A stretch of 64,000 nucleotides of DNA from an uncultured Chloroflexia bacterium (GTDB taxonomy: Bacteria; Chloroflexota; Limnocylindria; Limnocylindrales; CSP1-4): positions 736,001-800,000 of the forward strand of contig CAVVJT010000007.1 in the NCBI GenBank assembly GCA_963748625.1, written 5' to 3'. A program made the position numbers and the translations under genes. Of the stretch, positions 36,236 through 48,956 are shown one piece after another. The first letter of the stretch is position 1. Every line of letters begins with the position of its first letter. The notes beneath the pieces are model-generated. The model searched no databases and was not told where the DNA came from. It saw only the letters and a program-made list of their open reading frames with translations.

Positions 36236-38341
36236 ATGCCCTCCTTCCGCCGTCCCCAGATCCTCATCGCGTTGCTGGCCGCTGCGGTGCTCCTGACCGC
36301 GGCAGCCCCGGACGCAAGCGCATGGCTCCCGTCGGCCCGCCGCTACCACGTCGGCCGGGCGATCACGCTCGACACCGACCTGCTGTCGCGAAGCGGGGTG
36401 TCGGCCTGGGCGATCGACGACTACCTCGAGGCTCGAACGTCACTGCCCAAGCTCGGCGTGGCCTTCATCGATGCCGAGCGCGAGTACGGCGTCAACGCGC
36501 GTTTCCTGCTTGCGGCCGCGATGCACGAGTCCGGCTGGGGCACGAGCAGCATCTCGCGCGGCAAGCGCAACCTGTTCGGCTACAACGCCTATGACCGCGA
36601 TCCCGGACGGTACGCGACGGCCTTCGCCTCGTACGCGGGCGGCATCAAGGCAGTCGCCCGCTTCATGAAGGAGTCCTACCTCACGCCTGGTGGGCGCTGG
36701 TATGGCGGCCAGCCGACCCTTCGGAGCATGCAGCAGTACTGGTCGTCGTCAGGGCGCTGGGGCGAGAGCGTCAGCCGCATCGCGAGCAGGATGCATCTCG
36801 GCTCCCTGCGCAGCCGGTCGATCAGGATGGGCGCACCCACGGTGAGCGGGTTCGTGCATCGAGGTGACAAGACCACCCTGGAGATCACCTGGAGGGGCGA
36901 CGCGATCCCTGCCGCCATCGGTTTCGAGGCGACATGGGTGCCTGTCACGCTGGATCAACTCCCCGACACCATCGCCGCGAGCGAGGCCGCAAGCTCACCT
37001 GACGCGGCCGCACCGGCCCCCAAGCCGGTCACGGTTGCCGCGCGAGAGGTTCGCTCCCGGGGCAACACGCTCACGCTCGCCGTGCAGGCACCGCGGGCCG
37101 CCGGCACGTACCGCCTCGCCGTCACGATGCTCGACACCGGCCGGCGGACCCTGCCTGTGACGGATCGCCCCGCGATCCCCGAGGTGGACGTGCACGTCTG
37201 GGCCGATCGTGCCGTGGCCTACGACCTGCAGCCCGACGCTGACGGCACCGGCGTCACCCTCCGCGTCACCAACACGGGCCGTGAGGCCATCCCGGCCCTG
37301 CCGACCTGGGGCGCCTCCGCCCCGGCCGACCCGGAAGTACAGGAGGTCCGCTCGCTGGTGACCCTCACGGCCACCTCCAGTGACCCCGCCCAGCCGGCGC
37401 CCGTGGTCCTGCTCGCCTCCCCGCTGACCGAGGACCTCGCCCCGGGAGCGTCCCTGCGCTTCGCCGTGCCCGACATCGACGGGGTCACCGGCCGCCGCGC
37501 GAACTGGCTGTCGGCGGACCTGCGTGTCACCGACGACCCCGCCTGGCTGGCCATGTACTCGCCGGTTGGCACCCGCCGGTCGGGGGACCGCCTGGGCACG
37601 CTGGCCCTCGAGACTGCAGGCGTGGCGGCCCCGCTCGCCGGGGAGGGCGGCCAGTGGGAGGCGCCGGTGCACACTCCCAAGCCGGTGACCGCGGCGGCCA
37701 TGCCCAGGCCGACCATCGCGCCGACGCCCGTTCCCCTCGCAACGGCCGCGCCCAGGCCCACGCCGTCGGCCACGCCCAGACCGACTCCGGCGGCCACGGC
37801 GGAACCCGCGGTCCCGCTCGATCCCGCGGCGCCGGTCACCTCCACGCGAACGCCCGGTCCGACAGAGGCGCCTGCGGCAACGCCCTGGCCCAAGGCAGCT
37901 GCTGCGCCCGCAGCGACGCCCAGGCCCACTCCGAAGCCCGAACGGCCTGCGGCCCCCAAGACCAGGCACGTGACCCGGGCCCTGTCCGAGGACGGTGCTG
38001 CCATCCGCTACCGCGGACGTTGGGGCGATGCCTCCGGCGGCGGCTACATGGGCGGCGGCGTCGCGTGGTCCACCACGCCCGGGGCCAGCGCGACCATCAG
38101 CTTCACGGGCACGTCGATCCAGTGGATCGGGCCCGTCGGGCCCACCCGCGGACGGGCGCTCGTCCTGGTGGACGGCAAGACCGTCGCCCGGGTGAGCATG
38201 TGGAGCACGACCTTCGATGCCCGCCGCCTGCTCTTCAAGAAGACCTTCAGGACCTCCGGACGCCACACGCTCACGATCAGGGTGCTCGCCTCGCCAGGAC
38301 ACCCGTACGTCGCCATCGACGGGTTCGTGGTCCGTACCTGA
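36236..38341 (+). CDS. Secreted GH73 glucosaminidase-domain protein with Pro/Thr linker and C-terminal jelly-roll domain
   Basis: Signal peptide; YGVNARFLLAAAMHESGWGTS..KRNLFGYNAYD; C-terminal GASATISFTGTSIQWIGPVGPTRG...AIDGF. Confidence 0.82.
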   Translation: MPSFRRPQILIALLAAAVLLTAAAPDASAWLPSARRYHVGRAITLDTDLLSRSGVSAWAIDDYLEARTSLPKLGVAFIDAEREYGVNARFLLAAAMHESGWGTSSISRGKRNLFGYNAYDRDPGRYATAFASYAGGIKAVARFMKESYLTPGGRWYGGQPTLRSMQQYWSSSGRWGESVSRIASRMHLGSLRSRSIRMGAPTVSGFVHRGDKTTLEITWRGDAIPAAIGFEATWVPVTLDQLPDTIAASEAASSPDAAAPAPKPVTVAAREVRSRGNTLTLAVQAPRAAGTYRLAVTMLDTGRRTLPVTDRPAIPEVDVHVWADRAVAYDLQPDADGTGVTLRVTNTGREAIPALPTWGASAPADPEVQEVRSLVTLTATSSDPAQPAPVVLLASPLTEDLAPGASLRFAVPDIDGVTGRRANWLSADLRVTDDPAWLAMYSPVGTRRSGDRLGTLALETAGVAAPLAGEGGQWEAPVHTPKPVTAAAMPRPTIAPTPVPLATAAPRPTPSATPRPTPAATAEPAVPLDPAAPVTSTRTPGPTEAPAATPWPKAAAAPAATPRPTPKPERPAAPKTRHVTRALSEDGAAIRYRGRWGDASGGGYMGGGVAWSTTPGASATISFTGTSIQWIGPVGPTRGRALVLVDGKTVARVSMWSTTFDARRLLFKKTFRTSGRHTLTIRVLASPGHPYVAIDGFVVRT

Positions 38342-38459
38342 CGGCGGGCCGGGAGGGCGGCGGGCGGATTCCATCCGCTGAGAGCCTGTCGCAGAACCCG
38401 TGCCGCAGCGGGGCTCCGGGTTCCGCGCCACCTATTCCCGCGGGCCCTGCTCTGCGGCC

Positions 38460-38645
38460 GGATTCCTATCCGCACAAGGATGGAATCGCCGAACAATCCG
38501 CTGAGGAATGGAATCGGGGCGGTCCGTGCAGGGCTCGGACCCTGGACCTAGGGTTCCGTACGCAACCTCCGCACGGACGGGGTGGATCTGATCCCCACGG
38601 GGATTGTTGGCCAATTCGATCCGTGCAGGGATGGATTCCCGGGCT
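38460..38645. repeat. Intergenic dispersed repeat, copy A (REP/MITE-like)
   Basis: Shares cacaaggatgg, atccgtgcagggatgga, cgtgcagggctc and gattcctatccg with 52995-53130. Confidence 0.65.
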
Positions 38646-38664
38646 CAGGAGGCAGGGGGTCGCG

Positions 38665-40104
38665 CTACCAGGAGACAGGGACCGGCCGACCCTCCTCGTA
38701 GCCCGCGGAGCTCTGGATGCCCACCGTCGCGCGCTCGTGGAACTCCGGGATGGTCGACGCGCCCGCGTACGTGCAGGACGAGCGGACGCCCGCGACCACC
38801 TGGTCGAGGATGTCCTCCACCCCCGGCCGCTCGGTGTCCAGGTACATCCGCGACGTGCTGATCCCCTCCTCGAAGAGCTCCTTGCGCGCCCGCTCGAACG
38901 GCGTCTCGGTCCGCGTCCGGTTGCGCACGGCACGGTTGGACGCCATCCCGAACGACTCCTTGTACAGGCGCCCATCCGGGTCGCGCAGCGTGTCGGCGGC
39001 GCTCTCATAGGTGCCCGCGAGCCACGACCCGAACATCACGGACGCCGCGCCCGCCGCCAGGCCGAGCGCCACGTCGCGCGGATAGCGGACGCCGCCGTCG
39101 GCCCAGACGTGCTTGCCCTGCGAGGCGGCCTCATCCGCGCACTCCATGACCGCGGTGAACTGCGGCCGGCCCACGCCGGTCATCATCCGCGTGGTGCACA
39201 TGGCGCCCGGCCCGATGCCCACCTTGATGATGTCGGCGCCGGCGTTGATGAGGTCTCGCGCGCCGTCCCTGGTGGCGACATTGCCGGCCACCAGCGGCAG
39301 GTCACCCACGACGCCGCGCACTGCCTCGATCGCGCGCAGCATCCGGCCCTGGTGGCCATGTGCGGTGTCCACCACAACCACGTCCACACCCATGCCGACC
39401 AGCGCCTTCGCGCGTTCGGCGGAGTTCGCGCTGATGCCCACGGCGACAGCGCTCATCAGCTCGCCGCGTGCGTTGAGGGCAGGCCGGTAGATCGTGGAGC
39501 GCAGCGCGCCGCGGCGAGTAACCACGCCCACGAGGCGCCCGTCGCCGTCCACCACCGGGGCCGCGCTGATGCGGTGCTCGTTGAGCAGGTTGAAGATCGC
39601 CTCCAGCCCGGCCGTCGCGTCCACCAGCACCAGGTCCCGCGTCATCACGTTCTGGAGCTGCGTGAACCGGTCGAAGCCGACCGCATCGCGCTCGGCGAAG
39701 ATGCCGATCGGCCGGTGCTCGTCATCCACCACCACCAGCACGCCGTGCGCCCGCTTGTGGATCAGGTTGATCGCGGCCCCGATGGTCTCCGTGGGGCCCA
39801 ACGTGATCGCCGTCTCGAAGACCGGGTGGCGCGACTTTTGGTAGCGCAGGTTCTCCCCGATCACATCGAGCGGGATGTCCTGCGGCAGGACCGTGAGGCC
39901 GCCGCGCCGGGCAACGGTCTCGGCCATGCGGCGGCCGGCGACGGCGGTCATGTTCGCGACCACCACCGGAATCGTCGTGCCGAGGCCGTCGGGCGTGGTC
40001 AGGTCCACGTCCAGCCTGGACGGCACGTCCGACAGGCTTGGGACCATGAACACGTCCGAGTACGTGAGGTCGTACTGGGGGACGACGTCATTGACGAAGC
40101 GCAT
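38665..40104 (-). CDS. guaB1: GuaB1-family IMP dehydrogenase-related protein (probable GMP reductase) with CBS pair
   Basis: [51 protein letters not shown]. Confidence 0.9.
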   Translation of the reverse strand: MRFVNDVVPQYDLTYSDVFMVPSLSDVPSRLDVDLTTPDGLGTTIPVVVANMTAVAGRRMAETVARRGGLTVLPQDIPLDVIGENLRYQKSRHPVFETAITLGPTETIGAAINLIHKRAHGVLVVVDDEHRPIGIFAERDAVGFDRFTQLQNVMTRDLVLVDATAGLEAIFNLLNEHRISAAPVVDGDGRLVGVVTRRGALRSTIYRPALNARGELMSAVAVGISANSAERAKALVGMGVDVVVVDTAHGHQGRMLRAIEAVRGVVGDLPLVAGNVATRDGARDLINAGADIIKVGIGPGAMCTTRMMTGVGRPQFTAVMECADEAASQGKHVWADGGVRYPRDVALGLAAGAASVMFGSWLAGTYESAADTLRDPDGRLYKESFGMASNRAVRNRTRTETPFERARKELFEEGISTSRMYLDTERPGVEDILDQVVAGVRSSCTYAGASTIPEFHERATVGIQSSAGYEEGRPVPVSW

Positions 40105-40359
40105 GGCGCGGAAGGGCCTCCTGGGCAGCAGATCGGGCGCCGAAAGGATAGGCCGATCCGGGCCCGGCAGCCGGGCGGATCAGGCGTCCGCCAGGCGGTG
40201 GCGGGCGATGCTGTCTGGCGCTGCGCGCAGCTCGATGGCGGCGGCGATCTCGTCGAGCACCTGCTCGACGGGTTCGGTGCGCAGCTCGACCGCCACGAGC
40301 ATCCCTTGGTCACGCGGTACCTTGTGGGCTCGCAGATGGACCGAAGGGAACGATGACCT

Positions 40360-42528
40360 GTGACGACGACGACCGCAGCGCCTGCCGAAGACGAGCAGTC
40401 GCCGCCCGACACGCCTGAACCGAGCCAGGCGAGCCTCCGGCTCCGCCAGGCCGTGGCGCTCCTGCGCCGCCTGCCGTTCACGACAGTCGTCGTGCTGAGC
40501 ACCCTCGTCATCGGCGTGCTCACCGGCGGGCTGTGGTCCGCCATCGGCGAGCAGCCCTGGTTCGGAGACGTCGCCTTCGGCCTGCCGTCGCTTGAGATCG
40601 GCCGGTGGAGCACGATCGTCACGGGCGCGTTCCTGTACGAGTCGCCGCTCGTCTACGTGGTCGGCCTGGTGGCCTTTGCCGTTGGCGCGGGCTTCACCGA
40701 GTGGCGCTTGGGCTCGTTGCGGACGATCGCGGTCGTGGTGCTCGGGCACGTCGCCTCGGTCCTGCTGGCCGCCGTCCTGCTCGTGCTGGTCCGGGACATC
40801 GGCTGGGAGTGGGCACGTGTCGCGGCGTCGGAGCTCGATCTCGGGTTCTCGGCCGGGATGCTCGCCGGCGTGGCGGTCGCCACGGCGACCCTGCGCCCGC
40901 CCTGGCGCCTGCGCCTGCGCCTGCTGCTGCTTGCCTACGCCCTGTTCTCGATCGCACTGCTCGGGCAGCTCGCCGATCTCGAGCACCTGGTCGGCGTGCT
41001 CGTGGGCCTTGTGCTTGCGGTGCCGCTTGCAGGACCGCGGGGCATCCGCGTCGCGTCACGTCCGTCGAAGGGCGAGCTGCGCCTGGTCGCCACGGCCGGC
41101 CTCCTGATCCTGGCTGCTGCCCAACTCGCGGTGCATGTCGTGCCGGACCGCCCGACGCCCTTCGGCGACGCGGTCCACTACCCCTGGACACTCGGGACGC
41201 TTGCGGTCAACCTCGTGATCTGGCTGCTCATCGCGCGTGGGCTGCGGCGGGGGCGCATGTGGGCCTGGTGGATCGCGCTGCTCGTCGCCGTGGAGCCGAT
41301 CGTCGTTGCCGGCGTCATCCTGGGTCTGGCCTGGAGCCTGCCGCCGGGGCCCGGATCCATCGCGGAGATCGTGGGTATACCGCAGCCCGTCGCGAGTGCC
41401 GCCGCATCGGCTGCCTACCTCGTCGTCCTGCTGATCGCGCGGCGGGCGTACAAGCGGCCCGTGGGTGTCCCGTCACTCTCGGCGAGCATCGAGGACCACG
41501 ACACCGCGCGCCGTCTGCTCAAGACCTACGGCGGCTCGTCCATCTCGTGGATGACCACGTGGCCCCGGATCCGCCACATGGTCACCGCGGACGGTCAGTC
41601 CTTCATCGGCTTCCGCGAGCACGCGGGCGTGGCCATTGCGCTCGGCGATCCGGCAGGACCCGTGGGCTCCGCCGGCACGACTGTCGAGGACTTCGTCGAG
41701 CGCTGCGAGGCGTCCGACGTGATCCCGTTCCTCTTCTCGTGCACCGGCGAGATCGCCTCCATCGCGCGTGTCATGGGCTGGAAGACCGTCCAGATCGCCG
41801 AGGAGAATCTCATCGACCTGTCCGACCTCGCGTTTACGGGCAAGTCGTGGCAGAACGTGCGCACGGCACTCAACAAGGCGCCCAAGGAGGGCATCTCGTT
41901 CGTGCTGGGGGCGCTGGCGGACCAGCCGCCCGAGATCCTCGATCAAGTGAACCGCGTCTCCGAGGAGTGGCTGGGCGAGAAGGCCTTGCCCGAGATGGGC
42001 TTCACGCTGGGCGGCGTACCAGAGGCGATGGACCCCGACGTCCGCTGCGGCCTCGCCATCGGGGCGGACGGCCGCCTGCACGGCGTCATCTCCTGGCTGC
42101 CCGCCTACCGGGCTGACGGCACGGTCGCCGGCTGGACGCTGGACGTGATGCGCCGGATCGAATTCGAGGGCAGCTTCCGGCCCACCATGGAGTTCCTGAT
42201 CGCGTCGTCCGCGCTCGCGTTCAAGGAGCAGGGTGCCGACTACATCTCGCTCTCGGGCGCGCCGCTCGCGCGGTCCGGGCCGGCAGCTGCCGAGGGGTCG
42301 ATGGAGCAGCTGCTCGATATGATCAGCGAGCTGATGGAGCCGCTCTACGGGTTCCGCTCGCTGCACCAGTTCAAGGCCAAGTTCCAGCCGCGCCTCGAGC
42401 CGATGTGGATGGCCTACCGCGACGAGGCGGATCTGCCGCGCATCGGCATCGCGATCACCCGGGCGTTCATCCCGGACGCGGGCGTCAAGGACTACGTCGC
42501 GATGGGGCTCAGCAGCGTCAAGCACTGA
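40360..42528 (+). CDS. Membrane protein with C-terminal DUF2156/MprF-type aminoacyl-phosphatidylglycerol transferase domain
   Basis: About 10 N-terminal TM helices; ALGDP, FTGKSWQNVRTALNKA, EMGFTLG, WTLDVMRR, SLSGAPL, YGFRSLHQFKAKFQP. Confidence 0.85.
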   Translation: MTTTTAAPAEDEQSPPDTPEPSQASLRLRQAVALLRRLPFTTVVVLSTLVIGVLTGGLWSAIGEQPWFGDVAFGLPSLEIGRWSTIVTGAFLYESPLVYVVGLVAFAVGAGFTEWRLGSLRTIAVVVLGHVASVLLAAVLLVLVRDIGWEWARVAASELDLGFSAGMLAGVAVATATLRPPWRLRLRLLLLAYALFSIALLGQLADLEHLVGVLVGLVLAVPLAGPRGIRVASRPSKGELRLVATAGLLILAAAQLAVHVVPDRPTPFGDAVHYPWTLGTLAVNLVIWLLIARGLRRGRMWAWWIALLVAVEPIVVAGVILGLAWSLPPGPGSIAEIVGIPQPVASAAASAAYLVVLLIARRAYKRPVGVPSLSASIEDHDTARRLLKTYGGSSISWMTTWPRIRHMVTADGQSFIGFREHAGVAIALGDPAGPVGSAGTTVEDFVERCEASDVIPFLFSCTGEIASIARVMGWKTVQIAEENLIDLSDLAFTGKSWQNVRTALNKAPKEGISFVLGALADQPPEILDQVNRVSEEWLGEKALPEMGFTLGGVPEAMDPDVRCGLAIGADGRLHGVISWLPAYRADGTVAGWTLDVMRRIEFEGSFRPTMEFLIASSALAFKEQGADYISLSGAPLARSGPAAAEGSMEQLLDMISELMEPLYGFRSLHQFKAKFQPRLEPMWMAYRDEADLPRIGIAITRAFIPDAGVKDYVAMGLSSVKH

Positions 42529-42558
42529 ACCCCCTCCGGAGCGGCCTACACTGCCGCG

Positions 42559-43524
42559 ATGACCATCACCGACTGGCTCTTGGACGCGGACCCATCGATC
42601 CGCTGGCAGACGCTGGCAGACCTGCTCGACGCGCCGGCCCAGGTCGTGGCCGCCGAGCGCGCCCGCGTGGCGTCGGAGGGCTGGGGCGCTCGGATCCTCG
42701 CCCTCCAGGGTGACGACGGCCTCTGGGCGGGCGGGGCCCTGTTCCCCGGCAAGGACGGCGAGCCGCTGCCGTGGCGCCGCGAGGACGGGCAGCCGTGGAC
42801 AGCGACGGCCTACAGCCTGCAGATGCTCGTTGACCTGGGGGTCGATCCGCGCGATCCGCGCGTCAGCCTCGCCGTGGACCGCGTCCGCGAGGCGGCGCAC
42901 TGGGAGCACGACGGCCAGCCCTTCTTCGAGGGTGAGGTCGAGCCGTGCATCAACGGCATGGTCGTGCTGCTGGGCGCGGTCTTCGGCGTGGACGTGGGCG
43001 GCGTCGTGGACCGGCTGGTCGTGGAGCAGCTCCCGGACGGCGGCTGGAACTGCGAGGCGGAGAACGGGTCAGTGCGCGGTTCGTTCCACTCGACGATCCG
43101 GGTCCTGGAGGGGCTGCTCGCCTGGGAGCGCGCACGCGGCGCTGGTACCGGCGGCAACCCGGTGGTCACGGCCGCCCGACGGCGCGGCGAGGAGTACCTG
43201 CTGGCGCGCCACCTCTTCCGGCGGGCGTCCACCGGGGAGGTGATCGATCCCGCGTTCCTGCAGCTCTCGTTCCCCACCCGCTGGCACTACGACCTGCTAC
43301 GGGGCCTGGAGCACTTCCGCGCCGCCGACGAGCACCCTGACCCTCGCCTGGAGGAGGCGATCGGGATGCTGCGCTCCAGGCAGCAGCCGGATGGCACGTG
43401 GCTGCTCGAGAACACGCACAAGGGCGCGATCCACTTCGCGATGGAGGAGGGCGACGGCCACCCGAGCCGCTGGAACACGTTGCGGGCGCTGCGGGTCCTG
43501 CGCTGGTTCGACGGTCCGGGCTGA
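42559..43524 (+). CDS. Prenyltransferase/squalene-cyclase-like alpha/alpha barrel protein
   Basis: WLLDADPSIRWQ, QLPDGGWNCE, FPTRWHYD, QQPDGTW QW-like repeats, SRWNTLRALRVL. Confidence 0.75.
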   Translation: MTITDWLLDADPSIRWQTLADLLDAPAQVVAAERARVASEGWGARILALQGDDGLWAGGALFPGKDGEPLPWRREDGQPWTATAYSLQMLVDLGVDPRDPRVSLAVDRVREAAHWEHDGQPFFEGEVEPCINGMVVLLGAVFGVDVGGVVDRLVVEQLPDGGWNCEAENGSVRGSFHSTIRVLEGLLAWERARGAGTGGNPVVTAARRRGEEYLLARHLFRRASTGEVIDPAFLQLSFPTRWHYDLLRGLEHFRAADEHPDPRLEEAIGMLRSRQQPDGTWLLENTHKGAIHFAMEEGDGHPSRWNTLRALRVLRWFDGPG

Positions 43525-43553
43525 GGCGCCGTCCATCCCGACCGCGGTCGGGC

Positions 43554-43778
43554 TCAGGAGGCCGTCACCCAGCGTCGGCCGCAGAACGAGCAGAAGTCCT
43601 TGCCCGGCGCCTGCGGCAGCCCGCAGGACGCGCACTCGAGCCACCCGGCGAGCGCGTCGGTCTCGGGCAGGCAGGCGCAAGGTCCTGTCCGCCGGACCGT
43701 GCCGTCGTCATCGACCACGACGCCGTCGGGAGCGCATCCATCCACGGCGCCCGGGTCCTCGCGTGCCTCAGCGGTCAT
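43554..43778 (-). CDS. Small Cys-rich zinc-ribbon protein
   Basis: CAC...CASC..PQAPGKDFCSFCG; GGAGG RBS upstream. Confidence 0.55.
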   Translation of the reverse strand: MTAEAREDPGAVDGCAPDGVVVDDDGTVRRTGPCACLPETDALAGWLECASCGLPQAPGKDFCSFCGRRWVTAS

Positions 43779-43843
43779 CGGCCCACCCTCCTGTCGAACG
43801 GCGGCTGTCGCACCCGCGCGCCCGATGCCGTAGCGTACCGCCC

Positions 43844-46191
<2,348 letters not shown>

Positions 46192-46195
<4 letters not shown>

Positions 46196-47232
46196 AGATC
46201 AGGAGCGAGGACATCGACCCGGCGTTGCGCTCCCGCGTGCGCCTGGCGCGTTTCCTGTCACGGCCGAACCGCAGCGAAGCGAACCTGCGGAAGCGCGGCC
46301 GGCTGGCGGGGCTTGCGGGGCTGGCACGACATCTTCCCGGACCGCGGGGGCTGCGTGTCGAGGAGCGGTGGGTCGAGCGGCCTGATGGCTCGCGGCTGCG
46401 GCTCAAGGTCTATCGAGCGGCCGGGCCAGCGGGCGGCCTTCCGTCCGCGGCAGGTGCGGCCGGTGCGGGGTCCTCGACCTCGGCCGGCGCGCCCGGCATC
46501 CTCTGGCTCCACGGCGGCGGCTACGTCCTGGGCTCGCCCGAGCAGGACGGCTCCTCGTACGGCCGACTCGTCGAGGCCACCGGCGGCGTGATCGTCGCCC
46601 CCGCCTACCGGCTCGCGCCCGAGGCGCCCTACCCCGCCGCCCTCGATGACTGCGCGCTCGCCCTGCGCTGGCTGTGCGACAACGCTCCGGCCCTTGGCGT
46701 GCGGGACGACCAGCTCGCCGTCGCGGGCAACAGCGCCGGTGGCGGGCTGGCCGCGGCGCTCACTCTGCGCGAACGCGACCTCGGCGAGGTGGCGATCGCC
46801 TTCCAGATGCCGCTCTACCCGATGCTCGACGATCGCTGCGCGACCGAGTCTGCGCGGGACAACGATGGCCCGGTCTGGGACACCGTGACCAACCGCAGCG
46901 CGTGGAAGGTGTACCTGGGCGACCTCTACGGGACTGGCGACGTGCCGCCGTACGCGGCCCCGGCCCGCGCCACCGATCTCGGCGGGCTCCCGCCCGCGTT
47001 CACCTACGTGGGCTCCGTGGAGGCGTTCCGGGACGAGGTCGTCGCGTACGTGGAGGGCTTGCGGGCGGCGGGTGTCCCCGTCACATTCGAGGTCGTGCCC
47101 GGCTGCTACCACGGGTTCGATGTCGTCGCACCGGGTGCCCCGGTCAGCCGGCGCATGCTCGACGCGCAGTCGGCCTGGCTCCGGATGGCGGTCGAGACGT
47201 GGTTCGCCCCTCAGCCTGGGCGCGCCAGCTGA
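46192..47232 (+). CDS. Alpha/beta hydrolase (HSL-family esterase)
   Basis: HGGG oxyanion motif, YRLAPE, GNSAG nucleophile, HGF. Confidence 0.9.
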
Positions 47233-47358
47233 GCCTTCGGGGCCGGTAGCGCGCACCTCGCGGGCGGATGGCGGTTGGCTCCCGAATAGGTCCCACCCGG
47301 CGCGAAGATGAGAATCGGCGGCGGCGAGCGGACCACCGCCATCGTCGAGCCGACCGCG

Positions 47359-47838
47359 TCAGGCGGCGGCGCCCTGCAGGCGCAGGCACTGGTCCACGCG
47401 CAGCGCCTTGAACATGCTCTGGTCGCTCGGGGTGAAATGCTCGGCGACCGTCTCCATCGGGATGAGCTCCGGCCGCTCAACCCGGAACGTCGCACCCTCG
47501 TGGACCAGCTCGGCCGAACCTGCGGCCAGCACGTTGCGCAGCCACTGGGCGCGCGTCCCATAGGGCAGCGCGATCAGGTATGCACCACCGTCTGTCACGA
47601 CGCCCACCGGCGTCTCGTAGTCGGTCCCGGACGTGCGGCCGCGGTGGCGGATGATCGAGGCGTAGGCGCCGGGCGTCCCCGCGGTGCGCATCTGGCGCGG
47701 GTTCATGAACCGCTTGCTCATGGCGATGATCGGCCCCAGGACGAGGCCGGACTTCGCCCGCCAGCCGACCACGAACAGGCCCCCCAGGACGGCGAGGGTG
47801 ACGACGACCGCTGCGATGGCGGAGAGGAGCTGCGGCAT
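47359..47838 (-). CDS. Deazaflavin (F420)-dependent nitroreductase-family protein with N-terminal TM helix
   Basis: HRGRTSG..YETPV, LPYG..AQWLRNVLAAG. Confidence 0.78.
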   Translation of the reverse strand: MPQLLSAIAAVVVTLAVLGGLFVVGWRAKSGLVLGPIIAMSKRFMNPRQMRTAGTPGAYASIIRHRGRTSGTDYETPVGVVTDGGAYLIALPYGTRAQWLRNVLAAGSAELVHEGATFRVERPELIPMETVAEHFTPSDQSMFKALRVDQCLRLQGAAA

Positions 47839-47882
47839 GGGTGATGTCTCCCTGAGGATCGTTGCGCCGGATCGGGATGATC

Positions 47883-47924
47883 GGCTTACACTGTAAGCCC
47901 TAGACTATGACTACACTGTAAGCC
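47883..47924. promoter_or_regulatory. Putative TetR operator: perfect palindrome plus a second imperfect copy
   Basis: GGCTTACA-C-TGTAAGCC (47883-47899) and CTACACTGTAAGCC (47911-47924) between the divergent nitroreductase and tetR genes. Confidence 0.75.
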
Positions 47925-47999
47925 TGTCAAGCCCCATTCCACCCGCGAGGTGCCGCCGATGCCGATGCCTAAGCCGAAGCCACCTGCCGACGGCGCCGC

Positions 48000-48641
48000 G
48001 TGGTGACCCCGAGGCCACCGCTGACCCGGGAGCGCGTGCTGCAGGCCGCGCTCGCGATGGCGGACGAGGGCGGCGTCGAGGCCGTCTCGATGCGTCGTGT
48101 GGGCCAGGCCCTGGGCGTCGAGGCGATGTCCCTCTACAAGCACGTGGAGGACAAGGAGGCCATCCTCGACGGCATCGCGGACCTCGTCACGGAGGAGATG
48201 GAGGTTCCCTCGCCGGACCTCCCCTGGCGCGATGCCATCCGCACGAGCGCGATCTCCGCGCACAAGGCCCTGCGCCGGCATCCTTGGGCGGGTTCCGTCC
48301 TGGAGTCGAGGTTGAATCCAGGGCCTGCTCGCCTGCGCTACCTCGACGCGATGGTCGGCACGCTGCTTGGCGCCGGCTTCGACACGCCGACGGTCGCGCG
48401 GGCCTTCATGGCGCTCGACAGCCACACGTATGGCTTCACGATGCAGGAGCTCGCACTTCCCTTCGACGCGTCGAGCGCCCCCGCGGTCGCGGAGGACATG
48501 GCAGCTCGCGTCTTCGCCGACACCTTTCCGAACCTTGTCGCGATGGCGTCGCTGGCGGCATCCGGGGCGCAGATGCTCGACTTCGAGTTCGGATTGGACC
48601 TCCTCCTCGACGGCCTGGAGCGCCTCCGGCCGACGGACTGA
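48000..48641 (+). CDS. TetR family transcriptional regulator
   Basis: LTRERVLQAAL...SMRRVGQALGVEAMSLYKHV HTH; FEFGLDLLLDGL C-terminus. Start uncertain. Confidence 0.9.
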   Translation: MVTPRPPLTRERVLQAALAMADEGGVEAVSMRRVGQALGVEAMSLYKHVEDKEAILDGIADLVTEEMEVPSPDLPWRDAIRTSAISAHKALRRHPWAGSVLESRLNPGPARLRYLDAMVGTLLGAGFDTPTVARAFMALDSHTYGFTMQELALPFDASSAPAVAEDMAARVFADTFPNLVAMASLAASGAQMLDFEFGLDLLLDGLERLRPTD

Positions 48642-48956
48642 TCGAGGACCTGGGTCGCACGTATCAGCTGGCGCGGGCCACCAGGTCGGCGGCAGCCAGG
48701 CCTCGCCGCCGTCCTCGTTCCAGGCCCGATGGTCCGTTTCCACGGTCAGCCGCTCGCCGTCTGGGAGGAGCAGGTTCGAGCGGACGTAGCTGGTGATCAC
48801 CAGGGCACGGCACCCGTCCGGCCCGCGTGGCGGGACTATCCAGGATGTGGCGACGACGAACGCGCTCCCAGCGCGTAGAGTCCGCACCAACCGGAGGGCG
48901 GTGGCCGTGTCCCGGGCCTGCACCCGCCGGCGGACTGGACGATGGTGGAGGGTCTG

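Noticed and set aside
37654-40356. Long antisense or alternate-frame ORFs (e.g. 37654-40356, 2836-4782, 18526-20766, 43985-46096, 58588-61017, 61253-63313)
   Set aside because: They are shadow ORFs typical of high-GC DNA, overlap well-supported genes, and have Arg/Gly/Pro-rich composition with no motifs.
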